From Plasmodiophora brassicae (Eukaryota), in NCBI GenBank assembly GCA_036867785.1, contig CP145415.1, positions 434,001 to 498,000 of the forward strand: 64,000 bases of DNA, written 5' to 3'. The notes under the pieces are model-generated. The model was not told the DNA's origin, did no database searches, and saw only the letters and a program-made list of their open reading frames with translations. How positions within the stretch are numbered: the first letter of the stretch is position 1; every line of letters begins with the position of its first letter. Shown here in pieces: positions 41,433 to 53,579 of the stretch. A program made the translations under genes and the position numbers.

Positions 41433-43469
41433 TCAATGCATGAACCGGGACGCCAGCAGGTCGGGCGACGGTGCGCCTTCGTCCGCGGGGACGCTGACGT
41501 TGCCGGAGGCGGCGACGACGACGTCGGGTGACGCTTCTGCGGCGGCGGCGGCCGTCCCGCTGAGCAGGGCCAGGGCCTCGTCGTGCCAGACCCTGGCCTG
41601 GGAATTGCTGGGGTCGATCGTCACGGCGCTCTTGAAGTCGCGCAGGGCGCTCTCGTACTGGGCGGCGGCGGCGCCGGACGACAGGTGCCCGCCGTCCTTG
41701 GCCTTGGCCAGGACGGTCAGCCCCCGGGTCACCAGCGCCGACACGCATCGCGGCCGCAGCGCCAGCGTCGCGTCGCAGTCAGCAATGCACTCGTCCAGCA
41801 TGCCCTTGTTGTAGTACGTCAGGGCGCGCGTCAGGTACGCGTTCGCCGCCGACGCCGACTGCGGGTTGATGTCGATCGTCGTCGTGCAGTCCATGATCGC
41901 AAGGTCGAACTGCGCGCATTGTGCCATTCAGCGTCCTATTCATGGCGCGCTCCCAGACTGACAACGTACCTCGCCCTTGCTGTTGAACGCCATGCCCCGG
42001 TTGGTGAACGCGTCGGCGTAGGAGCAGTCGAGGGCGATGGCCGTGGAGAAGTCGTCGATCGCCGGGTCGACCATGCCCTTGGCGTAGTAGACGACGCCGC
42101 GGTGGTTGTACAGGACCGCGTTCGCCGGGTTCGCCGCGATCTCCTTCGTGTACTCGTCGATGCTGCGGTCGTAGTTCTCGGTCGCGTCCAGCGCCGGCTG
42201 CAGGCACGACCGGTCGTCGATCGCGCTCGGCATCGCGCCGCCGCCGAACGCATGCATCGGCGCCGTCGGGAAGCACGTGTCCAGTGCAGACGGGTGCTGG
42301 TGGCCGCCGCCCAGACCCGGCATCGTCGACCCGGCGTACAGCGACATCGACGACGCCTGCATGCCGCCGCCGTACTGCCTGACGTCGTCGTCGTCGCGCT
42401 GCCCGACAGGTCAACGGTCAGCACGGGCGGGCGCGTGAGTGTGCGTGGGCAGGCGGCGCGCGCACCGCACCTTGCGTTTCTTCATCATGCGCGCCCATTT
42501 CGACTTCAGGCTGTGCGCCGTGCGGTGCGCCAGGTGCGGGCGGTACCGGGCGTCCAGCAGGATCGCCTTCCAGTCCGTGCCGTACGTTTCGAACCCCTTG
42601 ACGAGCGCGTCGGTCTCCAGGCGCCCCCACGATCGCATCGACTGCAACCCGGACTGTGGCGCCTTCGTCAGGCGGGGGCGCGCGTCCAACCAGGGGCGAC
42701 GACGCATGTACCTCGGGTGTGCCTTCGCCGCCGCCTTCGCTGCTGCACTCGTCCTGGTTGCCGCTGTCGTGCGCGCTGGGCTTCGGCATTTGCTGCTGGC
42801 GTGTCACGTCGACGGGGACGGCGCCTCGGCACACCGACGTACCTGGAGCTGGTTCCACCAGCACTGGAGCGCCGCCGGCGACCGGTTCATGAGCGGGACG
42901 GCGTAGTTCGGGTCGGTGAGGATCGCGGGCCAGTTCGGGCCGTACCGTGCCGTGCCCTCCTTGAGCGCCTGGAGCTCGTCGGGGCGGAACGCGTCGAACA
43001 TGGCCATCTCGCCGGGCATGCCGACCCGTGCACCGTACCCGGCGTCCATGAACATGCCGCCGAACGGCCCGCCCAGATCGCCTTCCAGCATCGACAGCGA
43101 CGCCTGCTGCTGCTGCTGCTGCTGCTGGCCGGGCGGCATGCCCCAGAGGCGCGAGTTCACCGACATCTTCTCCTCGTGCTCCTTGGACATCTTGTACCAC
43201 TTCAGCTTCAGGCTGCCGGCGGACCGGCCACCCAGGGTCGGCGCGAAGTCGCGATCGTCGAGGATGGCTTTCCAGTTGCGCCCGTACCGGGCCACGCCCT
43301 GTTGCAGGATCTCGACCTCGTGCGCCTTCCAGACCTGCTGCTGCGACCGGGCGCGTTTGCCTTCGACGACGGGCGCTTCGGGTTCCTGCCGCGACTCGCC
43401 GTCCAGGCCGAACGGGACGAACATGGCGTCGGCGTACTGGCCCGATTTCAGGAGCGCGTTGCCGTGCAT
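41433..43469 (-). CDS. Protein with three telobox-like Myb repeats and C-terminal TPRs, multi-exon
   Basis: GVARYGRNWKAIL...LKLKW; GTARYGPNWPAIL; GFETYGTDWKAIL...LKSKW; TPR motifs YNHRG, AFTNRG, AYLTRA. Confidence 0.8.
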
Positions 43470-43889
43470 TGCCCCAGGTGCACTGGCGACGATCGCGGAC
43501 CGTTCCGGGAGCGCGGTTGTCGGCCCGTACCCCCGATACGGACGACAATACCGAGCGGAGAGCAGCGGAATGCCCTGTGACGGCCCCCAACGACCCACAG
43601 CGCCACACTGCCTGTACAGTCACCATGCGTGCATGCTGCTCCAACCATCACCCTCCGGCACCCCCTGTCCCGCTGCTGCGCGTCGGCAGCGCGTACGGGT
43701 AACGACGATGCAGTCGGTAGCGGGTGCGCCGCCAGTGAAACGCGCGCACGGCAGCTTCGCCGACTGCGGGGCTGCACCTGCGGACTGCTACTGGAACCGG
43801 TGCGTCGGTGGCGGCGCCCGGTTCCGCCCAGGACGTCATCGGCGGCTGGACTCCCACACACCAACACGTTATTCATTAAGCGCTAAGCA

Positions 43890-44747
43890 TTAACGAGCGG
43901 CGGATTCGTCGTCGTCGTCGCCGGCGATGGTGGGTATGTACGATATCTCGACAGAGGCGGCCGAGACGCGGCGATACGAGCCGGCGTCGTTGCGCGCATC
44001 GGTGATCGCGCGCAGACGTTTCCGAATCAGGAAGACGATGTAGGCGGCGGACGCGACCAGGCAGACGGTGCCGGCATACATGAACGCCTGGCCGATCGGC
44101 GAGGCGCTGTGCCTGCCCGACGAGATCTGGCTGAGCGAGTCCAGCGTCGACCCGACGAACGTGAAGACGGCGCATTCGGGCAGCAGGCCGACGGAGGCCA
44201 GCAGGAACACCTTGGCCGGCATGGTCGTCGTACCCGCTACGTAGCTGAGCACGCTCTGCGGCACGACGGGCGACATGCGCAGCAGGACCAGGATCCGGAA
44301 GCCCTGGTCGACGATGGCGCGTTGCAACTCGACGTACTTTGGCGACGGGGCGATGACCCGCGCCTGGATGTACGACGACAGGAAGCGCCTCGCCAGCATG
44401 AACGACAGGAACGTCGACACGTACTGTGATAGGAACGTGGCCAGCAGGGCGACCGGGATGCCGACGGCGACGCCGAGCTCGAAGCAGAAGATGAACCCGC
44501 CCGTGGTCGCCAGCAGCGACGTCGGCAGGCAGCAGGCGGCGAACACGATGTAGAACAGGCAGTAGCCGACGACCTCCAGGGCGATCCCGCCGGTGCTGTC
44601 GCCCAGCCCATAGAACCGTCGCTCTTCCAGGTGCGCCAGCAGCACGAGCAGCACCTTCGACAGCAGGTAGACGACACCGACCGCGGCGCCCGCGACAACG
44701 GCAGCGCCGGCCGCCATCGCAACCCTCCTCCTCGTCGTCGTCGTCAT
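43890..44747 (-). CDS. TVP38/TMEM64 (DedA/VTT) membrane protein
   Basis: LLATTGGFIF, FMLARRF, LLRMSPVVPQSVLSYVAG, multiple TMs. Confidence 0.85.
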   Translation of the reverse strand: MTTTTRRRVAMAAGAAVVAGAAVGVVYLLSKVLLVLLAHLEERRFYGLGDSTGGIALEVVGYCLFYIVFAACCLPTSLLATTGGFIFCFELGVAVGIPVALLATFLSQYVSTFLSFMLARRFLSSYIQARVIAPSPKYVELQRAIVDQGFRILVLLRMSPVVPQSVLSYVAGTTTMPAKVFLLASVGLLPECAVFTFVGSTLDSLSQISSGRHSASPIGQAFMYAGTVCLVASAAYIVFLIRKRLRAITDARNDAGSYRRVSAASVEISYIPTIAGDDDDESAAR

Positions 44748-44793
44748 CGTTAGTTGGTCGTACTCGATCAGGAGAATCTTGGAGCGCTGTATA

Positions 44794-45642
44794 TTAAGTT
44801 GCCGCTGGGGCGGCCCGCAGACTGGACAGGTACGCGTTCATGCTGTCGATGAAGTCGGCGTCGGCGAGGTCGGTCTCGTCGCCCGGCCCGGCCAGGCCGA
44901 CGCCGGCCTGCAGGACCTTGTTCGCCAGGTCGATCTCCTCGTCCAGCGACTTCACGTCGGCGCTCACGTCGATGTCCATCTCAACGGGCGGCTCCACGAT
45001 CGCCGCGCGGACACGTTTCCCTGGGCGCTCGCCCGCCTGCTTCTCAATCGAGTGCTTCGCCCGCCGTTGATGTTGTTGTTCGTGTGGCCGCTGCTGCTGC
45101 TGCTGCTGGAGTTGCTGCTGGGGTTGCTGCTGCTGCTGAGGTTGTTGTTGTGTGTTCTCGGGTCGCTCGATCTGTTTCCGGGGTTCGTCCGGTGGTGCAG
45201 GTGCCGCCGGCGCCGCAAACTTGGGCACTTGCAGCGTTGATGGTTTCGGTGTGGCGGCAGCAGATTTCGTCGTGGCTCGGCCCTGGGGACGTGGCCTCGA
45301 TGGCGCCTGGGCGGATTTCGCGTCGGGGCGCGGCTGCGGCGGCGCTCGTTTCTTCCGCGGTTCCTGGACGGCAGCGCCGCCGCCGCGCCGCCGCTGTGCA
45401 GCAGGGGCGGCGCCGCCCGCCGACGCGCTGGCGGCCGCCTTCTTCGCGCGCATGATCTCCGCGAACGTCTTCACGTGGATGTCGGGCGCCGCACCAGCGC
45501 CAGCGCCACCCCGTTTCGCCCGACCGCCCCGCTTCTCCGCCTGCGGCCCGGCCGACGCCCCCGCCTTGGCCGCCATCGAGTTCAGCAGACGCGCCCGGTA
45601 CTCCTCCTCGCGCCTGGACGCCTCCGGATCGTCATCACCCAT
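44794..45642 (-). CDS. Hypothetical low-complexity protein
   Basis: ORF MGDDDPEA... with IHVKTFAEIMRAKK, a polyQ tract and an acidic C-terminus. Confidence 0.6.
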   Translation of the reverse strand: MGDDDPEASRREEEYRARLLNSMAAKAGASAGPQAEKRGGRAKRGGAGAGAAPDIHVKTFAEIMRAKKAAASASAGGAAPAAQRRRGGGAAVQEPRKKRAPPQPRPDAKSAQAPSRPRPQGRATTKSAAATPKPSTLQVPKFAAPAAPAPPDEPRKQIERPENTQQQPQQQQQPQQQLQQQQQQRPHEQQHQRRAKHSIEKQAGERPGKRVRAAIVEPPVEMDIDVSADVKSLDEEIDLANKVLQAGVGLAGPGDETDLADADFIDSMNAYLSSLRAAPAAT

Positions 45643-45944
45643 CCAGCACGGACGCGCGCGCGTTCCCCCGAATGACGGGCACGCACAGTGCGTCGTGAAG
45701 ACTGCGCGGCGCGCGCACCTTCTTCTGACGACGGGGGGCCGACTGCAGCCTGCAGCCCGCACGCCGACAGGGCGCACACCTCGTACGGAGCGGTCCTCAT
45801 CACTATGATACGTCGGCGTTACACGAGCAGCAACGAGGACGACGTGTCCGTTTTTTCAGCGGCCCGGCCCTGTCTGCAGCGGCCACGGGGGCGGGGGCGC
45901 GCCTCGTGAGGCGGGAGACGACGAACGACCGTGTATTGGTCACG

Positions 45945-47622
45945 CTACTTGGCGGCCTGGAGGGCGGACTCGATCTGCAGGAGGCGGTCGTATTTGCAGG
46001 CGTTCTCGGCGGGGGCGATGGGCCCGAACCGGGCGAATTTCGCGCCGACGCCGACGGCCACGTCGGCGATGATCGACTCGGGGCCTTCCACGGGGCGCCG
46101 GCTGATAACGACGTCGCAGTTCGCCTCCCGGGCGCTGCGCGCGTCCTGGATTGCTTGCGACACGGTGGACGATAGTGAAACGGAGACGGCCGCTCCGGGA
46201 ATGGGGTCGGACGACGACGATATCGGCGTACATCGTCTCGCCGATGCGTTCGCGAACAGGGCCCAACCTGTTCGCAATCCGGTCAGCCGATTTGGAAGCC
46301 GCCAGGGGGGCGCGCCCAGCAGGGTACCATCCCGGTCGTCGCGATGGAACGGGTCGATGAGGGCGGATACGGCTGGATGCGACGCCAGCATGCTCTCGTA
46401 CTGCGCGAACAGCTCCTCACGAGACACGGATGCGCCCCCGTCGACTTCGTATTCGTTCGCCTCGGCGACGAAGCACGCGTCTGCGCCGACATCAACCCAG
46501 ATGCCAACCTGTCGGCATTCTGCAATCAGCTCCGCAGGCAAGGCAAGGCAGAGCGCAACGGACCGGACCTGTTCGCCGAGGACGACGCCGGTCGACGTTA
46601 TTGCCTTCTCGATCACGTTGAGGACATCGTCGAATTTCTTGCCGTCTATCGTGACCGTCCCATTGGCGGCGACGGTCCCGACACTTTCCAGCGCCTGCGC
46701 ACGAACAATCACGCCAAGGGTCGTGTTCGCCCGACGACGCCCGCCCGTCACCTACTTTGCAGATTGTTTGGGCGCGTTGCAGCTGGGACAGGAGAGGCTG
46801 CCCGGGCGGCAAGGCAACGATCCCTATGGCACGATACTTCGAGGCCCTCGGCCTGGCGACCTCGACCAGTGGGCTCGGTATCGCCAGCTCCGAGTCTTTC
46901 TGAACCGTCAGCGGGCAGCGTCAGAGGCGGCGTGCACACACACACACATGCATACACCCAAGGAATGCTGACCTTCTGCTGGCCAAAGCAGATCGAACTG
47001 ATCAGGGCATACGGCTCCAGATGCGACACCTGGGACACGGAAATCGCCAGCGCTGTCGACAGCGACGGTTTGACCGCCGGTGCCCATTCCTTAGACAGGT
47101 CGCTGACCAGCTGGTCCAACGCGACCAGGTCCGCAAGGCCTTGCCCTTTCAGCAGCGCCGTCAGCGCTTGGCTGACCTCTTCCGCTGACGTCGTCGTCGC
47201 GGCAGGCGGGTCGCTCTGCGGGACGCTTCCCGCTCCACATAGCTGGACGCACGCATCAGTGGGTGTCGCGACCGGGACGACGACGGGGCAGGCACCTGAT
47301 CCGGTTGGTAGCACTTTCCATACACAGACACGTGAACGGACGACAGGAGGCGGACGACCCGCACTCTGGTGATGGTGGCCGGCTGCTGGATGCGGTGCAT
47401 CTGCGTCGCCATGAACGCGAACGGGTCGTCGGCGCGCGCCCGGACGCACGCGTTCACGATGTCGTTCAGCTTTTGCGTCAGCTCGTGCGTCGTCAGGTAC
47501 TCCATGACCTCCTGCGCCTTGGGCGACTGCGACGCGACGCTCGTGGCCGTCGCGGACGGCGACCCGCCGCCCTGCCCGCTGCTGCCGGACGTCGACGCCA
47601 TGATCGCCGTGGCGGACGCCAT
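45945..47622 (-). CDS. Enolase-like (ENO4-type) protein with N-terminal docking domain, multi-exon
   Basis: YLTTHELTQKLNDIVNACVRARADDPFAFM; C-terminal IADVAVGVGAKFARFG...KYDRLLQIE resembles a degenerate enolase end. Confidence 0.7.
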
Positions 47623-48032
47623 TTTGCCCGCCCGTCCCGCTATATGTGTCCTACCGGTCCTATGACGACACTGGGCGCACGCCGACCCTTATGTAGGTAC
47701 CACCAGTACCCCGACCGACTCGCGTCTCAATCTGCGCCCCACATCTGGTTCAGGCCTCGATCCAGGGGCGCGCGCGCGTGTGGTGCCACACTCGTTCCGT
47801 TCCGCCCATGTGCGACGGCGAGGTCCGGCGGGCAGCACGCGATGATGCGGACGGAGGCTTCGTGCACGCCGCGCAGTGCGTAACGGTGCGCGGCGTCCAG
47901 TGCGGCGTTTCGCGCTTGGCACCACCGGTCACGCGCACCAACGTTACGAGCCGGGGGGAGCGCGCCCGCGCACTCATCTGCGTTACGGTCGAGTGTGCGC
48001 TTCGCATCGGGTCGACGACGACGACGTTGGTG

Positions 48033-49489
48033 ATGAACGCGATCATGAGCGTGCTGCTGGTGCTGCTGCTGTTGACGGTCGCGTCGGCGTACAAGTCGGA
48101 GCTGAGGCAGATGCCGGGGCGCCGCGTGCCGAGCGTCGTCCGGTCGGCGTTGCCGCACGAGTACATCTCGCCGGGCGACCTGCCGGAGACGTGGGACTGG
48201 AGGAACGTCAGCGGGGTCAACTATGTCACCAAGGACCTGAACCAGCACATCCCCCAGTACTGCGTATGACTGGCCGGTCGTGCCCCGATGCCCGCCGTTG
48301 CATCATCTCTGACCATTGCGCGCGCAGGGGTCGTGCTGGGCCCACGGCGCGCTGTCGGCGTTGGCTGACCGGATCAAGATTCGTCGCCAGGCCCGGTTCC
48401 CAGACAGTACGATGTGCTGTGCCGACCGTGCCGCTGTGGCCTGGTCTTATGGTCGATCGGTGCCTCGTAGTTAACCTGTCGGTCCAAGTGGTCCTGAACT
48501 GTGGCACGCATATCGCTGGGTCCTGCGACGGTGGCGATGCCGGAGGGGCTTACGTACGTACGCCCGTACGGTGCTGTCGTTGCATTGCCCGGTTGACGTG
48601 GCGGGCCCTGCCATAGGAATACGTGCACGAGAACGGCGTCCCCGAAGAGACGTGCCAGCAGTACAAGGCGATCGATGACGAGTGCACGCCGATGAACCAG
48701 TGCCGCAACTGTAGCCCAGATCCAAACGTCTGCTTCCCTGTTGACAAAGACGAGTACCCGCAGTGGTTTGTCGATGAATACGGGTCCGTCGACGGCGAGC
48801 ATCGCATGGTTGGCATGGCTTCGGCCGTATAACGACGCGTGTCGATTGACTGTGCCATATCGGGCAGATGGCTGAGATCTACGCGCGTGGCCCCATCCCG
48901 TGCCAGGTGGACGCGACCCCGCTTGAGGACTACAAGGGAGGCATTCTCGTAGCATCAGGTCGGGTCCCCTTCTGAGCTGATCGGACCCGGCGCGTCCGCT
49001 GACGTTCCGGCGCCACCATAGAGGAGTTCAACGAGCCGAACCATATCATTGCGGTGTCTGGCTGGGGCGTTGACCCGATCACCAAGCAGAAATACTGGGT
49101 ACGCTGCGCAGGCGCTCGCCAGTACTCGTAGCCCGGCCAGGTCGTTTAACGTCTGTCTGTAGATTGTTCGCAACTCATGGGGAACCTACTGGTACCCTGC
49201 TCGACGCTGTGATGTGCTCACTTTGTGCTGTGTTTGTAACACCTGTCGTTCAGGGGCGAGCACGGCTGGTTCCGCGTGGTGCGCGGCATCAACAACATCA
49301 TCATCGAATCCGGCTGCAACTGGTACGGGTCCTGCCCGCCCGTCCCCATCATCATGTGCCGTCGGTAACGGGCTTGCCAGGGCGACGCCGCTGATGAAGA
49401 GTGACGAGGACATCAACGTGCGGTTCGACGTGCAGCAGCACCGCTCGACAATCTCCATGCCAGGGCTCGACCTGACGCAGACGTCGTGA
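48033..49489 (+). CDS. CTSZ: Cathepsin X/Z-like cysteine protease, multi-exon
   Basis: Signal peptide, LPETWDWRNV, NQHIPQYC/GSCWAH, GSCDGG, NHIIAVSGWG, RNSWG. Confidence 0.92.
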
Positions 49490-49632
49490 CGCGTTCGCCG
49501 TTTCATTCCCATACAGCCACCTGTTGTGATGGGGCCTCGTGATACTCTCCCCGAGATTTTACCGAACGCCCATGGTACAAGTCCCCCGATGCGGGATATC
49601 TGTTCCCGGAACGATACCGAGTCGGGCGCGCC

Positions 49633-52166
49633 ATGGCCGAGGTGGCGTCCGGCGAGACGAGCGCGAGCCCCTGGATCGAGCTCTACGACCCGTCGGCGGG
49701 GCTGCCGTACTACGCGAACCCGTCCACCGGCGAAACGTCCTGGGAGCGCCCAGCGGGCGTCACGTTCCCCGTCAACGGCACCGACTGGCGCACGTGCATC
49801 GATGCGGAGACGCAGACCACCTACTGGTACAACGTGGGCACCAAGGAGACGGCGCGCGAACCTCCGACCGAGTTTGCCACGAGCGCACCGGCGCCTGAGG
49901 TGCGGCCGGGCCCCGACAGCGCGCCGGTCGCCGACAAGCGCGCGTCGATCGTGCACCAGATCGAGAAGGAGCGCGCCTCTGCCGCTGACAGCATGCCGGA
50001 ACTGGGCAGCATCGCCGAAGCGCCCTTGGCCAAGCTCGACCTGGGCCTCGACGATCTCGCCGAGCAGTTCCAGTTCAGCGACGACGACGATGACGACGAC
50101 GGTCTCTCCGGCCACGGGGACGACGATGCGGTCCCGTCGTTGAGGCACGACCTGCTGCCGGCGAAGAAGGACCTGAAACCGTACGACAGTCGAGCGGCCA
50201 TCATGGCCAAGCAGTCGATGCGAGGCGAGGCGTTCCTCGCCCAATGCGTCGCCGACGCGTCCGCGAACCCGGAGCCGGAACCGCCCGAGGACCTCGGCAT
50301 CCGGCTAGCCGTCTTGAGCGGCAACGACTGGAACGGGACGACGCTGTACGCCGTTCCGCACCCGACGTGGCCGGTGCCGAGTCCAGATGCCTGCCGAACC
50401 GAGATGGACCTGTACCCGTTGCGCGATTACGCTGAGGCGCACATCGACGTGGCCGGGTTGCAGAAGTCGGTCGGCGGGTGGTTCTCCCGGAACAAGGACG
50501 GCGAGATGTCGCCCGCCGACCTCGCCCTGTCGCAGATCGTCCACACGGGGAAGGTCGCCAAGCACCCCATCCTGAGGTTCGTCCCCGACGGGCCATGCGC
50601 GGCCCTGGCCGTCCGCCTCAGCAAGAACATCTTGACGTACTGCGGCGAACGACGCAGCGGGAAGGTGTGGTGGCCCGGGTCGTCGATGCACGACGGACGG
50701 GATGCTGAGCGAGCCTGCAGGACTGGTTCGGGCACGTGACGAGAATCCTGGCCAGCATGCTGGGGCAGTACGGCGACCTGGGTCCCGCGCAGACGGAAAT
50801 GCTGGTCAGCGAGGTGTACGTCCAGGTCCTCAGACAGATCCGGGGGAACGGGAACGCGCGGTCGCTACGCCTGGCCTGGAAGCTGCTGCTGATATTGGGG
50901 TCGATCGTGTCGCCCGGCGAGGAAATGTATTCGTACCTGTCGTCGTTCCTGCACGCGCAGATCTGCGACCTGGTCCAGGCCGCCAACAAGGACGACAATG
51001 ACGTGCTGGACACCGTCGTCCACTGCCTAGCGTCGCTGGACAAGACCCGCAGGAACGGATCCCGCCATCGTCTCCCCGCTCTGGCGGAGGTGGCCGCCAT
51101 TCAGTCGCTGTCGACGCTCGAGGTCAACCTGTGCCTCCTGCACGGCGAACAGGTCAAGGTCGGTCCACCCACTGCCAGATGCGCCTGCCCTGGCACGCCC
51201 GCCTGCCCCTGACCGCGTCTCGGATTACAGATCGGCGTGCACTCGCAGACGACAATCGGGGAGATCGAGGACCTGTGCGCCACCTTCTTCGAGGCGGACG
51301 CCCCGCTGCTGGCGGTGCACCAGATGGAGATCGATGCGGCGGCTGGCACGCGCGTCTTCCGAGGCCTGGACCGCACCGATCGCGTCATGGACATCATGAC
51401 CGCGTCGCCGGATGCGCTGCTGGCGCTCCGGGTCCCCGTCATCACCACGGCCGTCGTCGAGGACAACACGATCAAGATCGGGACGCGGTCGCTGATCTTT
51501 GTCGAGCTGTGCTCGTCGCTGATCTACGGCTGGCACCGGTTGTCGCAGGACGCCCAGATTGCGAGCGCCGCCCTGATGCTTCAGGGCACGCTCGACTGTC
51601 GTCGCATCCAGACGGCCAAGCTCGACGGGTTCATCAGGGCGCACGTTCGCGAGATCACGGCGAGCAGGTTGCGACGCGAGCTGGGCGAGGACATGCTCAT
51701 CATGAAGGTGGCGGCGGCGCTCGACGCGCAGGGCTCGATCTACAGGGTCGGACGGGCGCGACGCTGCCTGATCGACGAGCTCGTGCACCTGGCCACGTTC
51801 GGCTCGTCGTTCTTCCCGGCGGAACGCCAGACCACCGACCACAAAGGCCACACCGAATCGTCGACCGTCGTCCTGGCGATCAGCTGGCGAGGCCTCCTCC
51901 TGATCGAGCCGGAATCGCGCGCCATCATGCACGGGTTCACCGTCCCCGAGCTGCTGACGTACGGCCGGAAGGACGCGCAGCTCATCATCGTCGCCGGCAC
52001 GTCCGTCCGGCACGACAAGCTGATCTTCGTCTCGCCGATGGCGGACGCCATCGACAAGCACTTCCGTCTATGCTGCCCGACAGCGCCCGCCATCGTCGCC
52101 CTGGGCACGACCACCTCACCGACGGCCGCCATCCGCGCCGCCCGCACGTCAATGGCGTTCCAGTAA
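49633..52166 (+). CDS. WW-MyTH4-FERM-like protein, multi-exon
   Basis: Two WW domains (WIELYD...YYAN...TSWERP; WRTCID...YWYN); MyTH4-like SEVYVQVLRQI...AWKLL, RxxxP; FERM-like LATFGSSFF, VLAISWRG. Confidence 0.82.
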
Positions 52167-52423
52167 ACCCCTAATGACCGCCGCGCCGCAGGTGTCGACA
52201 TACGGTACGGTACGTAGTCGAGGTGCACTTTTCGTGTGCGGGAGGCGGACTATTTTCTGCGGCTATTTTTGCGGGGGCGCGCGGACTGCGGGCTGCCGAC
52301 TGGTGCGGAGGCCGTGCCTGAAATAGCATTGTAACGTTTCGCAATCCGGCATCCACACGGCGGCGCCTGCGTGGGTTTGTGACGGGACTGGGCGAACACA
52401 CGCCGGGCGGGCAAGAGCACGCG

Positions 52424-52454
<31 letters not shown>

Positions 52455-52502
52455 TCTCGCGAAGGCCACTGCCGCACGTCTCCAGCCCGTCCCGTTCGAT
52501 GT

Positions 52503-52937
52503 ATGATGATGCCGTCCTCCGCACCCTGTCGGTCGCCGTCGCCGCCGCCTTCCCGCCGCATGTCGCGGCAAGCGTCCCCGTCGGCGTCGTCCGTCATCGC
52601 AGGCAGGTTTGTGGTCTCTAACCTGCCCGAATCCGACGCCCCGACCTCGGCGCCGTCGTCGTCGGAGCGGTGCCCGGCGTCGCCCGTCGCGTCGACCGTC
52701 AAACGGCGAATCGCCGGCCGGTTCGTCGTCGACGACCTGCCGCTGTGCGACGAGGACTCGCGAGAAGGGCGCTGTTCGTCGGCGTCCTCGTCCCTCAGCA
52801 ACACGCTTCGATCCCTGGCCGATCGCATCCAAGCGCTGGAGCAGGACAACGAGCGCCTGCAGCGCGAGAACGCGTCGCTGAGGGCGGACCTGGCGCTGTA
52901 CAAGGCCAACCTGTCGGCGCTGATCGTCGACCAGTAA
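52503..52937 (+). CDS. Small RFxV-motif/leucine-zipper protein (TSC22-like)
   Basis: Two IAGRFVV motifs and a C-terminal coil LADRIQALEQDNERLQRENASLRADL. Confidence 0.6.
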   Translation: MMMPSSAPCRSPSPPPSRRMSRQASPSASSVIAGRFVVSNLPESDAPTSAPSSSERCPASPVASTVKRRIAGRFVVDDLPLCDEDSREGRCSSASSSLSNTLRSLADRIQALEQDNERLQRENASLRADLALYKANLSALIVDQ

Positions 52938-53012
52938 TATATAAGCCCATCATACAACGGTGGTACTGTCGGGAACCAATTCATGCCGTGTAATACCGGG
53001 TCGGTGTGCCAA

Positions 53013-53297
53013 TCAGGCCGTCTCGGGCGCGGCCCCGGCCGCCTCCGAGATGGACGCCTTCTTCTCGGCCAGGTACGCCTCCTTGATGAGCTCCGGCAGG
53101 TCGTCGTTGGGCGGCGTCACCTTGTTCAGCTCGACGCCCTGCTTGACCTCCGTGTGCAGCTTGATCTGCTCGGCGACGACGTTCTTCTCGACCGGGACGG
53201 CCTTGCTCTTCTTCAGCGGCACGCCTTTCTGGATCTCCTTCAGCAGGCCCGGCTTCGGCTTCGGGTTCTCAATGCTCATGACGACGGGGCGCGGCAT
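53013..53297 (-). CDS. Small double-WH2 (actobindin/thymosin-like) protein
   Basis: LLKEIQKGVPLKKS and LHTEVKQGVELNKV fit the WH2 helix + LKK pattern. Confidence 0.65.
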   Translation of the reverse strand: MPRPVVMSIENPKPKPGLLKEIQKGVPLKKSKAVPVEKNVVAEQIKLHTEVKQGVELNKVTPPNDDLPELIKEAYLAEKKASISEAAGAAPETA

Positions 53298-53579
53298 CTT
53301 GACGTTGACGTTGGGCGACGGGCGATTTGGACTAGTGGTGGCGACTGCGACGACGACGACGAGGCACTGGGGGATTGATTCACGGGAGCACGCGCCCCTG
53401 TACCAGTGACGCGCTTGATCCGATCGAGGCCTCGGTAGTAGTAGTGTTGCAGCAGCAGCAGCGGCGGCTGTGTGTAGGTTCGTCACAAATATCTGGAGAC
53501 GGGCTGCCCGCCACCTGACAGCTGCTCGTGGTCGATCGTACCCGCTTCAGGCAACAATGTGTATCGCGCAAATGGTCGT

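Noticed and set aside
41583-43580. 665-aa plus-strand ORF and similar long antisense ORFs (e.g. 46-1392, 49186-50244)
   Set aside because: Shadow or alternative-frame ORFs of GC-rich genes with Arg/Ala/Pro-biased translations.
52426-52454. (CA)n microsatellite
   Set aside because: Ordinary short tandem repeat with no further structure.
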